Positions 38,101 to 51,564 of a stretch of DNA of 64,000 nt are shown here, one piece after another. Position numbers and translations under genes: made by a program. The stretch's first letter is position 1, and each line of letters starts with the position of its first letter. Under the pieces are notes generated by a model. It ran no database searches. It was not told where the DNA came from and worked only from the letters and a program-made list of their open reading frames with translations. Source of the DNA: Stylophora pistillata (Eukaryota); contig NW_019217791.1 in assembly GCF_002571385.2 (NCBI RefSeq), forward strand, positions 588,932-652,931. Reading direction: 5' to 3'.

Positions 38101-40132
38101 TTCCTTTCATGTTCATGTATCTTTAATAGAAAATGCACCGTTGTAAAACACCTTACTTCTAAAAATTCTCAGAGTTTAGTGTTTCACTTGAAGCCTCTGT
38201 AACATTTCTTTGCTTTTCCTTTGTATCAGACTGGACCTTTAGGAATCGACATCATTTTCCATAGAGATTCCACTCTTGGAAACTCCTCTTCTAAATCTCT
38301 TAAATTGCATGCTTCTCCTAGGCCTCGGCATCCTGGGACAGTACTCTACGACTTTGGGACAGTCAGTCAGGGGTCCTGTTACATGTACTGGAAGGGCACA
38401 CTGGTTGGGTTCAGGTGAACCATTCATAGACCATTAACCTAGGCTATTATAATTGTTTTTTAAAACTTCTTTTGTGAACTCCTAAGCAGGGGCTTCATTA
38501 ATGTTTTCTGCAGGGGGGCAACTGGTTTTCACAGGCAGGCAAAACTCTTTGAACTGAACTTCTTTATAAGATAAACTTTCCTCCAGACCGTCAAATCAGG
38601 TGGGCAAAACCGTCCTCACACCCGGTCAATTTTCCCGGTGCCTGGTCCTTAATGAAACCCCTGCCTAAGCATTTGAAGACTACTGGAAAAACATGCAACT
38701 TTGTTACTTGTCTAGAGCTTTGAGTACCACCAGTTGAACAAATTTATCATGCGAGTTCAAATACCTGCCATCAAAAACTTCTTTAAGGGCTTAACAAGCC
38801 ATGTGCAACTTCTCTGTCTTTCATTTTAGGCATGTTCATTTTCGGAAGATGGTAAACGTTTGGCTTCCGCTTCCGATGACCAAACGGTAAAGAAGCACTT
38901 CAATTTTGTTGCTGGCATTTGAAAATCCATGTGATCAATAGTACAGTATTATTGGGATTTTGGCGTTAAATTTCTAAGTTTTTCTTTACTTGTTTTGTAT
39001 GCTTTTATATGGTAAAAGATTGTTTTTAATTCCCTCTTTTTCGCGACAAAATGTTGCTTAAAATACCGTAACTCAGAGTGTTCGAAGTCGAGTTCGAAGA
39101 CTGGATATCATTAACCAAGAAATATTATTGTTTCGCCAATGTGTCGGGGAAATGTTTTACGCGAGAGCATGCGCGTTTTATTTTAGTGTCGAGAATCAAT
39201 CTTACCGCTTTTAAAATACAAATCTCGCAAAGAACCACGAAGGATTCAACTTTAAAACAAGCAAACTGCCAAAGGCGCGGGAAAACGCTAGTGGCCAACA
39301 ATCCCCTGGAAATTTCTGCCATTCTTCTGATTGGTTAAGGGTGCTGCAAGTTTTGTAGACCAATTACAAACCGAAAATAGCGATTAATACGATATCAGAT
39401 AACTTAATTCATTAATCGAAAACCACTTTTCGATTCTCATTTCACCTTAGGTTCGCGTTTGGGACGTAGAAACTGCCTTGTGTTTAAAAGAACTTGAGGT
39501 AAGTGAAAAGAAACAAATTGGATCTTGCTGGTGAATTTGGTGAAATTTTCCTGGATACTTAGTTCTACATCGGTTCCGCATTTGTATTATTTTTATCAAA
39601 AAGATTGCCTTTTGTTCCACCCCTCTCTGTATTTTATTCCAATATGATTACATACTTTCAATTCTACGTTCATATAACGTTTCCAACCGCTTTTAGCATT
39701 TCATAGCACTAAAATGTCTTCGCCAAAACATCTTGTTTTTATCAATTAATTTCGAATATATGAAATTCACAAATGTGCACTGCGGTTTCATGAAACCGCG
39801 ACCCTCCTACTGCACCAGTATCGCAGCGGTCATGGGTTCGGATCCCGTACGGGGCTGAATTATTTCAGGCCTTATTTCAACTACTACATGAGTAGGGTTT
39901 ATTACTGCGAGGATCGCTTTGATACATCTTGTTTTTATATCGCTCAGTTTAATTCCTAAATGCTGCACGAAATCTTCCCTGGCTCGAATCAAACTATTTT
40001 GTTACTTGTATTTTTATCTCCTTTCTGCTTTAGTGTGATACAGACGAGATTCATACATGCTGTTTCACTCCCAATGGTTCAGTATTCGCATCGGGCCCAG
40101 CAGAAGCTGAAACAACTATTTGTATTTATTAA
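35102..40132 (+). CDS. WDR38: WD repeat-containing protein 38-like, 339 aa, 10 coding exons
   Basis: Exons 35102-35281, 35888-36008, 36541-36657, 37072-37169, 37621-37701, 37875-38000, 38322-38414, 38830-38886, 39451-39498, 40034-40132. Seven WD blades whose motifs ([51 protein letters not shown]) follow WDR38 as I recall it. Confidence 0.85.
35390..35540. mobile_element. Harbinger-like MITE in WDR38 intron 1
   Basis: CAGGCCCCAGTTGTTCAAAG ... CTTTGAACAACCGGGCCCAG, with internal GGATAG/CTATCC motifs. Confidence 0.7.
38487..38663. mobile_element. hAT-like MITE with a 6-bp TSD
   Basis: TIR CAGGGGCTTCATTAA / TTAATGAAACCCCTG, with CCTAAG directly repeated on both sides. Confidence 0.75.
39755..39920 (+). 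repeat. Dispersed, truncated relative of the 247-bp tRNA-like unit
   Basis: CTGCACCAGTATCGCAGCGGTCATGGGTTCGGATCCCGTAC..TTTCAGG..TACTGCGAGGATCG, preceded by an inverted piece of the same family. Confidence 0.7.
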
Positions 40133-42102
40133 ATATTGCGTACTGGAGAGAGTATCAAACCTGCAATAACTGAGATACTTCGCTGCAAAGACTACAGATA
40201 CAGAAAAATTGATTTTTTTCTTCTTTACGGTATATTATCCTCTTTGGCCTTTCATGCTCCCCCATTTTAAAGTTAAGGAGGATCAAAGCAAGCTTTGACG
40301 TTTAAAGGCATAAGAGGAAGGATTCGATTGTCAGTGGTTGACGGGTGTTAACTTGCATGTCCAACAGTATTAATAATGTCTCACTTTTTGGTCGCTAACA
40401 GTAGCTTGGTGGAAAATGACGGACTGTGAGCCTTTTTTCTACTATGGAGAAAATTCCTAAATTTATTTGATGATAAGAAAATAGCTCAAATGACAATTCA
40501 TCCATTGCTATTTATGATTGATTCTAAAAAAGTGGTTTAGAAATTGACAGTACGTACATTTTCATGCTTTTCATTGTTACATTGTTTCATGACTTTACTT
40601 TTCAGTTTTCCTCTAAGCATCATAAAGATTTTAAAAACAGACAAAGCAGAATGTACCATACGCAAATTTAGCTTGCAAAGAGGAGAATTTTTATTCGATT
40701 GTGCAAAGGTGCATGTAGTGATAAATACTTCAATAATGATTTACAATTTAAATGAAGATAAGTCTTCGTTGTAAATAACCCTCACAAAGATACAAGATAT
40801 TCTAGAAGAAATACGCCAAAAGCATCAATAAATCAAGAAACAGGTGGTTGTCAACAGCTTTTGTATCTTATGACTCTCCCCCGCACATGTCTGAGATTTC
40901 ATAGCCTTTTCCAGGCCATGAATTTGATCAATGGAGAAAGTTGAAAAAGCGAGCGAACGAAACGTAGCGGTTGTCAGAAGAAACGGCAGCGCCTGCTTAT
41001 TCGCTTGAGGGTAAGACTAGCTCAGGCAATATGATTCTTGGAGTCTCAGGAAATGAAATAGAGATCATTAGATCCCTTCATCGTAACTCAAGAGTTGAAG
41101 TGTGGAGCTTAATAGCAATTTCATGCGTAAGTGTTTCCTGTTTTCTGTCGTCATCATTGGAATTACAACAGTACTGGCCATTTCTATTAAACTGAAATGA
41201 TTGGAGGGTCACCTTGAGAACCAGTCTTGTAAGAGCTTAGCATATGCCGGGGACACATTGAATTGCATAGATCAAAACTTTTTCTCAACTTTAACGCCCC
41301 ATATTCACCAAACCGAGTGGTACCGGTTGAAGTCCTTTGTTTTAAACTTGTCCACATGACTTAGCCGTGATATATCACCCCAGCCTTTGACCTCAATTTT
41401 ACAATTTGTTATTTTATCCTTGTTAGTTTGTTTTTTAGTTTTTGTTGTTTGATTTTTAGCTTTTGTCTTTTGTTGGTCGGTCCAGGGTCAACTGTGAACC
41501 CGATGACTGTCCTATTTACAACTTAGTAACATGGTCAAGTGCTTTCAGAAATAATACTATCAGAAAGGTACACTAAAATACACGTTAGCGATGATTACAG
41601 CTTTGCCTGACAAAAGCAGGGTCATAGAGAAAGACTAAACATCCGAACAGTGCATGGTGAAAGAAATTGCAAGCACTTGTATAAATTAAAGCAGCTTAAT
41701 TTTTTCCCATTTTTTTTTTCTTTCTAGTGTAGCTAAGAAATGACTTGTCGACCAAGTTCACCTAGGTGCTCAACAGAAGCCAGGGTCTTCGATCGAAATT
41801 TTGATTTGAGGACAAAATAGTTTACGTCCTGACTTTTCTTTTCTAAGCGAGCTTGCTGCCTACAACCGTTTCGTATAAAATATTGTTCTTTGATGCGATT
41901 GCCAATCAAACTTAAACGCACAGGTAGACAACAAAGAGCACGATGTTCGCTTACAACTTTCTAAATATACTTGTCTCACAGACGCGTGGTACCACTCAAG
42001 GTATTGATCACCACATGATCAAAAGAGAAAGCCAGAGAGGACGAGGTGAAAGCACGACAGTTGGGTGTGCTAGTGGTATCTGGGAAGACAAAATATCGTT
42101 CA

Positions 42103-45100
42103 TCAACTGGCGTCATTATTTATTTTAGAGAGTCCACCCTCCGAGTCAGCGTAGTAGCTATGGGTGGGGCTCATCTGAGTGCAGGCTGGAGGCTGATGCA
42201 TCAGGGTGCGCAGCTCCTTCTCACACAGCTCCAGAAGTTCGTGTACTGGTAGAAAGCTGGGTGAGGGGAAAGCAAAAGAGAATCTTGCACCAGAATTGAT
42301 AGAAGGTGACACAGGGGCACTCGCCACTTTTCGCAGGGCTAAAGAAGACATTGGGTCCATTATGCCTGGCTGGTTGAGAGCTTCTATTTGCTGGGCAGTA
42401 CTACAGCTGGGAAACGCTTACACGAAATGCGTATTTCAATTTGATAGAGTGTTCGTGAACAGTCTAACAATAAAATGCAATCATTACTTTACTTTGGATT
42501 TGGCCATCAAACAAGTCACCTGACGATTAGCATGCTATTTTCACGGCAAATCTCACACAAACCTCCTGAGCTGGAAAACTCTTCTTAAGAGCAAAAAAAA
42601 AAAAAAATTATAGTTTCTTTGGATCATGATCGGAGAATACGGATTTGCTCTAGAAAATGATCAGATCATCTTTTCTTACCATACAATGTAATGCTTCTAA
42701 GAACCAAGCCTCAAATAGCTCCAGCCCTCATGAATTCAATACGAACTATTCAATCCGAAAGTAGTGTGTCGACATAACTAGGGTTATTATCATCGAAACC
42801 TTGTGAGTGGGACAGCAGAGGCAATAACTCTTAGATAATTTTCCTATTTTCTGTTAGGTTCTGAACAACAAAGTCTAGTGTAGACTCTGACTACTCAACC
42901 AGACAGACAAGCCCTCAATTTACCGTTCGACGAACTCTTTCAGAGAGACTAGCCCCCATTCTCTACTTGCTTATGCAAAGAGTCCCATTTTACAAATCGT
43001 ACATCGGAGTGTATCTTACCAGGAGCCTGGTCTTCCGGATAGGATGTAGCAGCGATTGTGGAGAACAAATCCAGGGAAAGAGATCGCCTCTTCGCAACTT
43101 TATTGAAATGGTTTACCAAGGGGTTCTTATCTCTGTGGTTCTGTCTTTTCTCTTTACCACGGCGATTTTGGAACCAAACTTACATAACTCGCATATCAAG
43201 CCCAGTCACCTCGGAGACCCTGAGCTGCGGCGCTCGGCCAAATCAGGGTGAGGGGTACTCAGGTAAACTGATTTCAGTATTTTCAGCTGTTGAGCTGTAA
43301 TAAACGTGCGTACTCGCTTGCCCTTGATGGATGGAGATTCGCAGGTTGATGACGGGTTGCAGTCTCCTGAAATCGTAATTAAGACGGTGGCTGCCAACAT
43401 TTTACGCAAAGAAAATTAAATTTTATTCCATCTTATAAATTTCAGGGATCAACAGCAACATCAATTGCCATCCACTGAGACATTATTCATTCATATACAG
43501 AGAGGTTCCGTTCGGATTTATTGAAACGACTTCGAGTTAAAGTAAAACTTTAATTTTTCTGTGTGGCACAAAATGTCTAAGCGTGACGCAGGTGGTGTGG
43601 GGCCTACGATCGAGGTGCATTATTTTCAAACATTTCAAAAATAGTGGCGTTTCGAAGAGTAATGTTTCAAGTCCATTTTTCCCTAATGCCAAGCTATACG
43701 GATGAGAAGAAAACTGGAATTTGAAGATAAACCCGTCCTCAATAATTTAGAGCTTCTGACTTCTGTATTTACAAGTTACATTTTCGTATTTTGTAGTACG
43801 AATGAGGGGACCTATTTTCGATAGTGCAGATCTGTTAATTGCTCCTGATTTTTTTTTTCTTTTTTTACTTTTTCTTTCCTGCACTAGACAAAAAAGTGCA
43901 CCTAATTATTTCCTTTGGGTAGGACTAATCACTGAGTCGATCACACCTCAGGGCACCTCTCGCTATTTCTCCGAATACTGCGTTTGAAGTTGATGGTTTT
44001 TGGCTTTGCGAAGTTATGGACCCTGATATTGTTTGCTCGTACAAAGTTCGAATCCAGTCACCCAGCCTTTAACGGTATCGGAGAAATTGTAACCGATTTG
44101 GCTGAGAATTCAACGGTTAATCCCCGACTTTACATAAGCAGCAATGAGCAAAAGAATGCATTTTGGCAGTACTGGGAATACTCCAGGTAAAAAAGTTCAA
44201 GGAACAATTGGAAAGCAACGTCGAACTGAAACGGACCAGTTCGAAGGGGTTTGATTTCGAGTGTAAGCACCTCTCTTTGTAGTACCATGCGACCCGAAGA
44301 ATGGTTAAGAGAAGAAACGTCAGTATTGGTTGAGCACATGGCCCTGTTTTGGGAAGGATCACACGCCAATGGCTAGCCAATTTTTCATAATCAAAGTTTC
44401 TTGGAGACTTGCGCTAAGTCGATTGTGGATGACTTCAACAGCCTGGTTTTTTTTTTTTTCTTATTTTCACGCTTGTTCTCTTTCCCCTCTCTTTCCAATT
44501 CTATGCTTTTTACCAAATGTCACGGTTCCTCTCACTTTCGAATTTTGAAGTTAAGAAGAATTCCAAGATTTAGTATATATGTCGATCATCGAAAAGCAAA
44601 ATTGTATCACCTCAGCCGCTCGCAAAATTGAAACACCTCGGCTGATTTCAGGTAAAAAGCCTCCAGTTTTAAAACGTTGGAACAAAATCTAGACCAAAAT
44701 TATGAGCTTGTGTGATACCTTCGATCTTCTAGTCTCTATAGTGTGACCTTTAACGTTCCTCTTGTTCAGCAATCTTTCTGGGAAGGGCCGGAATTCCAGC
44801 AAAGACAACAAACGGTTTCACGCAATTTTATTTGAAATTGGAATAAAAAGATTTAACTCTTACAATAAGAAAACAAAAAATGCAAGAAAATGGGGTTAAG
44901 AAACGCCTCAAGGTGGTTTAATTGGTGAAACCAATCTGCATCCAGTCACTAAATTGTACCTTTCGGATTGATCAGCTGCAATTCGCTGGATACTTATCGT
45001 CAAAGACTTGTGTGACCAGCAAAAAACGTTTACAGCAGCCGTTTTTCCTTTAAAGCGGCTAATAAAAGTTTTTCTTTTCTCTCCTTTAAATACAGAAACG

Positions 45101-48100
45101 AGGAATTCACGCCAATCTCACTCGCGCGGAGGTCAAATAGAAATGAGCTCGAGATAGCAGTTGTCCCAGCACACACCGCGGTCGCAGGCCGCACACCACC
45201 TGAGCGTGACGATAATTTAATTAAATAGGAATATATGTGACGGCTTGGGTACAATTCAAAGATTGAAGTGAAGTAATTAATACATCACAGTTTTCAGGTG
45301 GCTCCTAATTACTCTACCCAAGTCTTTCTTTCTGGAAATCATTACATTCTTTAGAGTTATTTGTAGGGTAATGAGATGTTTTGTTTGAATAATCTATCGC
45401 TGAGGTGTCTTACTTGTACAGGTTTATGGTTATTTCTTTTAATCGCTTTTGACTGATACAAGGCCTAATTTCCATAAGATTTAAAAAATCAAACAATAAA
45501 GAGCTCTTCCAATTTTTACGATTTCACTTCTTCATTTATTGAGAACAAAACGACTTGAAATGATATCCTGCACGCTAACCCGGTTATTGTTAAACTTAAT
45601 AAAGACTATTAAGAACAAAGAAGTAGTAAAACTAAGCAAAACAGGAAAATCAGGACGTATTTACGACTAATTTCCGCATAAGTGGAGGCAGTGTGGCCGA
45701 GTGGTTAGAGTGTCGGACTCGTAATCCGCCGCTCCCGGGTTCGAGTCCCACCCTGACCACTAGATTTGTTTCACGGTAGCCCCGTGTTCAGATCCTTGGC
45801 CACGCTTGTAAATAGCCAACTGGTTTGCCTCCGGCCGGTTGGGGTTCTTAATGATGTTATGTTCAATTTAGACCATTTGTTTCATTTGTTTGCAAGGACC
45901 ACAATGGAAACTACTGGTTCACCAGTAATTGTGTAATCCTATAAAAAGACTTTTTTTTTTTTTTTTCAATAGTGTTATCCGAAAATATTTCCTTTTCAAC
46001 ATTGTCATTTGGGTTTTTTACATGGATTGTCAACATGGGTGTATTTGAAACATAACTTATCCTGGAAAGATTTCAAATCTGTTTATTTGATCGATTTCTA
46101 TTCTAACATGTATTTTTAAAGTCCTTTTTAACCAGGTCAGTCGTTTTTTGTAATCATAGAAACATTTTTTCCACTTGATAAGTTGGAATCACTTATAATT
46201 CTGAGTTCATGTTTAAGCAAATTAATTAATCACTATTGTAACTTACCATTAGCCTACCTGAACATTTGCCTTCATCAAGGTCCTGTTTGCAGATTACCCT
46301 GCCGTCTTCCAGCAGATAAAACAGGTCGCCAGTTGAAAGCTGTCTTTTACAGGAGACACAAGAAAAGCAGGTGATGTGGTAAACTTTGTCCTTGATTTTT
46401 TTCACGCTCTGGTGAGGGGAGATGCCATCGTGGCAAATCGAACAGGCTTCACTGTATCGACTGTCAACAAAATAACGAAGAGGCAATTCTTAGCGCCAAT
46501 TTGTGCATTGGGTGGGGAATTGAACTGAAGCCAACAACTGATCAAAATCCTTTCATCAGTAAACTGAAAAAATTTTTCCAGAGGGAAACATTCCCAAAAG
46601 CTTATGACTGCCTAGAAAGGAACTTAATTATTAAGTCGAACAGATTAATTTTTGTCAATTAAATAATACTCGTTGTCCATTAACATCCTCTCCCTTCCTT
46701 AGACATTCACTCAATGCTGATTGACTCAGGGTCAGATGGTTTGAAAAGTTGACGACAAGGATTTACTTTCTCTAGTTCAAAATAACAGTCGTTTGAAAAA
46801 TTTAAAGTGAGCCATATTACTCATTTTGAACTTCAACAAAATAAGCCAGGTTAAAACTTGTAAACCTTAACTCTCAAGTCGTCCGTGAAGTTTTTGCATT
46901 AGGGTGAGACAACCCTCCGGAACGCTTAACGATATTGAAGAAGGAAAAAAGTATACGTCTGGCTTTGGCAGGTGAAAAGACTATTTTAACAATAGTGAAC
47001 ACTTCATGAATTTGGTAGAGTACCTCAAAAGTTTGTATTTTGCGTTAATGAGGATAATTTGTATAGTAAAGTAAGAACCGTGGGACTAATTCCCAAACCA
47101 TGATTGATATAATTTGTAAATTGTGAATGCGTCGAAAGAATAAAAAACGATTGAAAATGGCCACATGTTAATAGCTACAAATATCTCCAAAAATGTTTTT
47201 AGAATAGTTGTACTCTCAAGTAACATCAATCAGACATACGTGATACTCTGACGCAATTACTGCTTACCGGAAAAAATCTATTTGGCAGAGAATGTCTCCA
47301 TCACGGAAGAAACACGTTCCTTCATCGAGCGTTTCTCTGCAGTCACAACAACGCAGGCAGTACACATGCCACAGTTTGCCCAATGCCTGAAGAAGATACT
47401 TGTCCCGGATATCCTCCTTGCAACCACCGCACTTTGAATAAAAACGATTTTCTGTACCTATGAGGACAAAAATGAACGACCGAAGAGGTTCAATTAAGCA
47501 CAGGTGTGCTGACCGCCTTCACGCACATTTGAACAGCCTTTCATGTTTTTTTTTTTTTTTATGTCTATGTTCGTTCTTTTTAACCGAATATCGCGTTTTC
47601 GTCAGCAGAAAAAAGAAAAAAACCTGCCATGTAATCAGACCTAATTCATACATTAACCAAATGATTATTAACATGAAGATCGTGAATGTCTTCTGCCTAG
47701 TACGTATACAAACAGAGCAAGTCAGAAGTAAAAATTTGCACTTGGTCAGGAGCCCACCATTAACGAGCTCCTGGCTCCATCGCGAATGCACACTCCTACG
47801 TAAAATCACAAAACTTGATTCTTTTGCTGAATAAAAAGCAAGGTTTTCCGAAAATTATAAAACAGCGGTAGCTACGTGCATTGTGAACATGACATACGAT
47901 TTGCGCTTTCTGCCATCCAAACGTATCCTTAATCCAAGTAACAGAAAGATAATTCCACAAATGATGCGTTTGGCGTTCAGATCACCAATCTGTTCCTCCC
48001 ACAGTGGAAAACAAGCATTTCAATTGGATACCTTTTTAAAATGAACAAACAAGAGTTCAGGTAGGACGATGTTCATACAAATGGCTAACACCAAAAGCTT

Positions 48101-51100
48101 ACACTCAAAATTATCATTTCTTTAAATTATTTGTTTTGCATGCGAAAAATAGTTTGAAATCATAGACCAAAGCGGATGAACTGGTATTTTGTTCAACACA
48201 CACTGTGTCAGTGAATAAATATAACCTAATGGCTCCATGCAGATGTTCATGCGATTCTGATCTGGGATGGACACCGGGTTAGATCAAGGAAATATTTCAA
48301 GTTGTTTTTCGTACATCTGAGTGGTGAAAAGGCTGTAAAGCCCCTTCTCACTTCCCCTCAGGTAGCTGTTTCTTTTCAGTTGACAAAAGTAGATGAAGGA
48401 TCGAAATAAATAGGTTTGGGATAAATGAAGGCTAATAGCAAACTTTATATCAAGTCAATCCCACCGGGTAAAAAATATCACGAAATCGGAATATCCTGTG
48501 AAAAATTCATAATACATACTCGCATTGTTTTCGGCCATCATAAAGATCAATTTAAAGTTATTTCCACAGGCGTCCAAGCTTTGCAAAAAGCACAGTTGAT
48601 ATTTGTGCGATCCTATTTATGTTTAAACGCTCCAGCAGTCGGGGTCAATAAGAGAGACTGAGAGTTCCAGCACTACATTTGAATAACAGACCAGCCGTTT
48701 CAACTTCACATCCTGCTGATCATGTGACTACTTTTACGAATAAAAACAACTTTACTACCTGTACTACAACAATGGCAAAATTTCCTTGAAATAATAAAGT
48801 AAAACGGATAATAACGATTCAAAAGCATAGGCGCCCAATCAATTGATAAAAAAATCCTTTTCGTCGCCTATTTTATGCATTTTGTTGCTCTGGAAAGCCG
48901 ATCGAGTCGATCAGCGACAAAGAATCCAACAAACCCTGCCCATTTTGTAAGGTTTCATGACCTAAGTTTCTCACGTAAATGTATACCTATTACGTTCGCA
49001 AATGTTCCAGAATATCAACAGCACTGAAGCAAACAGATAAGCTGAAGAAATACTGAAAATTTGCCCTTCGTAAAATTCTGGGCTCTCGAAAGTTTTTATA
49101 TATGGAAATATGATTATTGTTCATTAACTTGGAAACTCCGTTTATATTCTTGTTAACAGAGCAATACTTAAAATACCACTAAAAAATGACAGCCATTTTT
49201 ATTCGGAAGCTCTCCTTGATTGAAAAATGAAATGATAACAACTGTTCTTGATGCAACACTATTTCACAGTTACTATGACAAACAAAACGTGTGCATGTTA
49301 AGGTCTGAAAAACATGTAATTCGTGTGTGTTTAACGAATGTGTAAATCTTGAAAAGTAACATGATTACTTTATAGCTTTGCTCCCAAGGTAGGCCTTTAT
49401 AGATTATGCTAAAATTATGCTCTTTTTTCCAAATTATGCCCCTTTTTTTAAAATTGTGCTATTTGAAAAAATGGCAAATAAGTCCAAAAAATACATTTTT
49501 TAATTAGAAGCCGTTGGTCTTCAAGAAAGAAACGCAACAAATCCACAATGAAATTCAAATAAACATGTGGTTCATGTTGACATGCGCACTAGTACTATAC
49601 TAGACTACATGGGCTCAGACCGTTTCAGACGCCGCTCAGTGATTCACAGTAAACTACAAATGCTGCTACTTGAACTAAAACTTAAATTTTTTTTAATAGA
49701 GGAAACGTAGATTTAATATTACTCTTGAGCCTAACTACGCAAAAAAAAAAATTAATGCAAAGTGAACTTGAAACACTTCAAGTCGAGCAGTAATGAGCTA
49801 TCGCATCGTTGTAAGATTTTTGTTTTCAGAAACGAGGTAAAATTACTCCCAGGTTTGATAAGGAGGTGGATGAGCTTTTGCAAGCCCCTTACCCTCCCCC
49901 TGGATCCGCCGCTGTCACCTCTTCCGTTCCAGGGTTTAGGGAGAAGAATGAGCCTGACATGGAGGCTGTTTTAAGTTCAAAGAAATGATAATGACCACAT
50001 AATCTAACTAAAGCGTGTGTCCGAAATCGCACTCACGATTAGAACTGATTACAGGTCACTCGTTTTGCTCTGAACAAGCAAAATGGACTCGTCTCGGATT
50101 TATGTACAATTAGTAACATTTGACTTACTTCTGGGACGCCTTTTAGATTCAAAGTTTCCTTATCAGTTATCAGCAAGATCGAAAGGCACATCTCGAAAAA
50201 CATTGTCATGCTAAACGCAAGCCGGTGAGGTATTCCTGCCGATATGAACATTTTCTTACTCGCTTATAGAAATTCAAGAAGCACGAATGCCCATAATCAA
50301 AAATTAAAGCTCAGCACAGCAATCGAAGATGTTTCTGGGCAGCAAACTGCTCAGGAAGTAACACTGTGAGGAGAAAAATGCGCCAATCATAGCTGTTGAA
50401 AATCCAACCAACCACGGCGAAGCTTAATGCTGCATTAGGTGACGTGTAACGACTCGGCCTCACTAATTGATGGTCTCGGTGTTTGCAGCCGTCTTCGAGA
50501 TCCTTGACAGAAATAACGACATCGTAAGACAATTCTTTTTATCATAGTTCTTACAATATAATTTAGCGGTAGTATTGTACTTCACCATGCTAAGTAGCTG
50601 CAGAATTTTCATGGAAGAGGCAAACAGCACCGCATGTTCACCAGTTTCCCAAAATAATTTGCGCGTGCATTGTCTCCTACAGCTCTATTTTTTTTTTTTT
50701 TTTTTTTTTTTTTTCATTTCCGTATGGCAAAAAAATTAAGAAGATAAAATCCAAGACTAAGGATATCGCTTAGTAGTTTCGGCAGGCATTTTGGTTGCGA
50801 AAATGTAGAGATTCAGGGAATTTCATAGAGGCGAGTAAGGTTTAGCCGCTGATAACTAGTTTGCTTTACACCGGCTGAAGCCACGTCATATAGACGATTA
50901 GCTAAATTAAGGAAATATCTCGAGGAGCGAAACAAAACTGTGAGATTAATTGAAGATGAAAATAGTCAGTGCGTTGAATCTCTTATCATAATCTGGAATT
51001 TTACTACTATTTGATTTTGAATACAAAAATCTAAGCGCCTTGTCACCATGCTATGCTTAGTTTCCACCAGATACACTCTGAGAGGGCAGCCGAGTTTTGT

Positions 51101-51564
51101 ATGTTTTAGGTAACCCAACTCAACATGATAATTTGGAAATTTCTGACGAGTACCTATAGTGAATGCAATGCAAAATGTCTGGAAACTGGACAACGCAATG
51201 AAAGCCCTCACCACCACCCCCTCTTTAACTTTTCAATACATTAACGCTCAGCGCAACTCGTCACGAGAATTTACGATTTCTGCTATAATTAGATAACTAG
51301 ATAATCACTTAACAGCGAGACAATGTCAAAAGTATTGAAATATTTTTCATCGGTATCAAGTTTCCTCCCGCAAGCGATTTTCCGCTGCGATAATATTGCT
51401 TGTTCGTAGCCTGTTACATTCAATTGTCGACAAGGTGAAAGAAGCAATATTTACCGTAGATTTCGTGGAGTGGGGTAGGTAGTATGAAGTAGGAACATAC
51501 CTGAAGGGACTAAACCCCTTAAATATGATAAATCAGTGAGTGGCAAAGAATAGGTGCCAGTCAT
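42103..51564 (-). pseudogene. LHX3: LIM-homeobox gene, Lhx3/4-like, with a disrupted homeobox
   Basis: Exons 51564-51501 (putative), 47457-47268 (LIM1), 46460-46258 (LIM2), 43366-43020 (HD), 42416-42103 (putative). HD reads KRVRTFITAQQLKILKSVY..TGLDMRVM*VWFQNRRGKEKR, matching the Lhx3/4 [21 protein letters not shown] signature. 5-bp insertion at 43229-43225; TAA at 43182-43180. Confidence 0.85.
45683..45895 (+). mobile_element. tRNA-derived SINE with a Meta-like domain
   Basis: A box TGGCCGAGTGG, B box GGTTCGAGTCC, and body CCACGCTTGTAAATAGCCAACTGG..GCCTCC. Confidence 0.75.

Noticed and set aside
16130-38669. Two different elements sharing the TSD CTTAGG/CCTAAG as a common target site
   Set aside because: The termini are unrelated and n=2, so chance cannot be excluded.
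43178-43183. GTAAGT in the homeobox as a real intron donor that rescues the gene
   Set aside because: VWFQNRR continues immediately in frame, so no intron is present, and the upstream frameshift already terminates translation.
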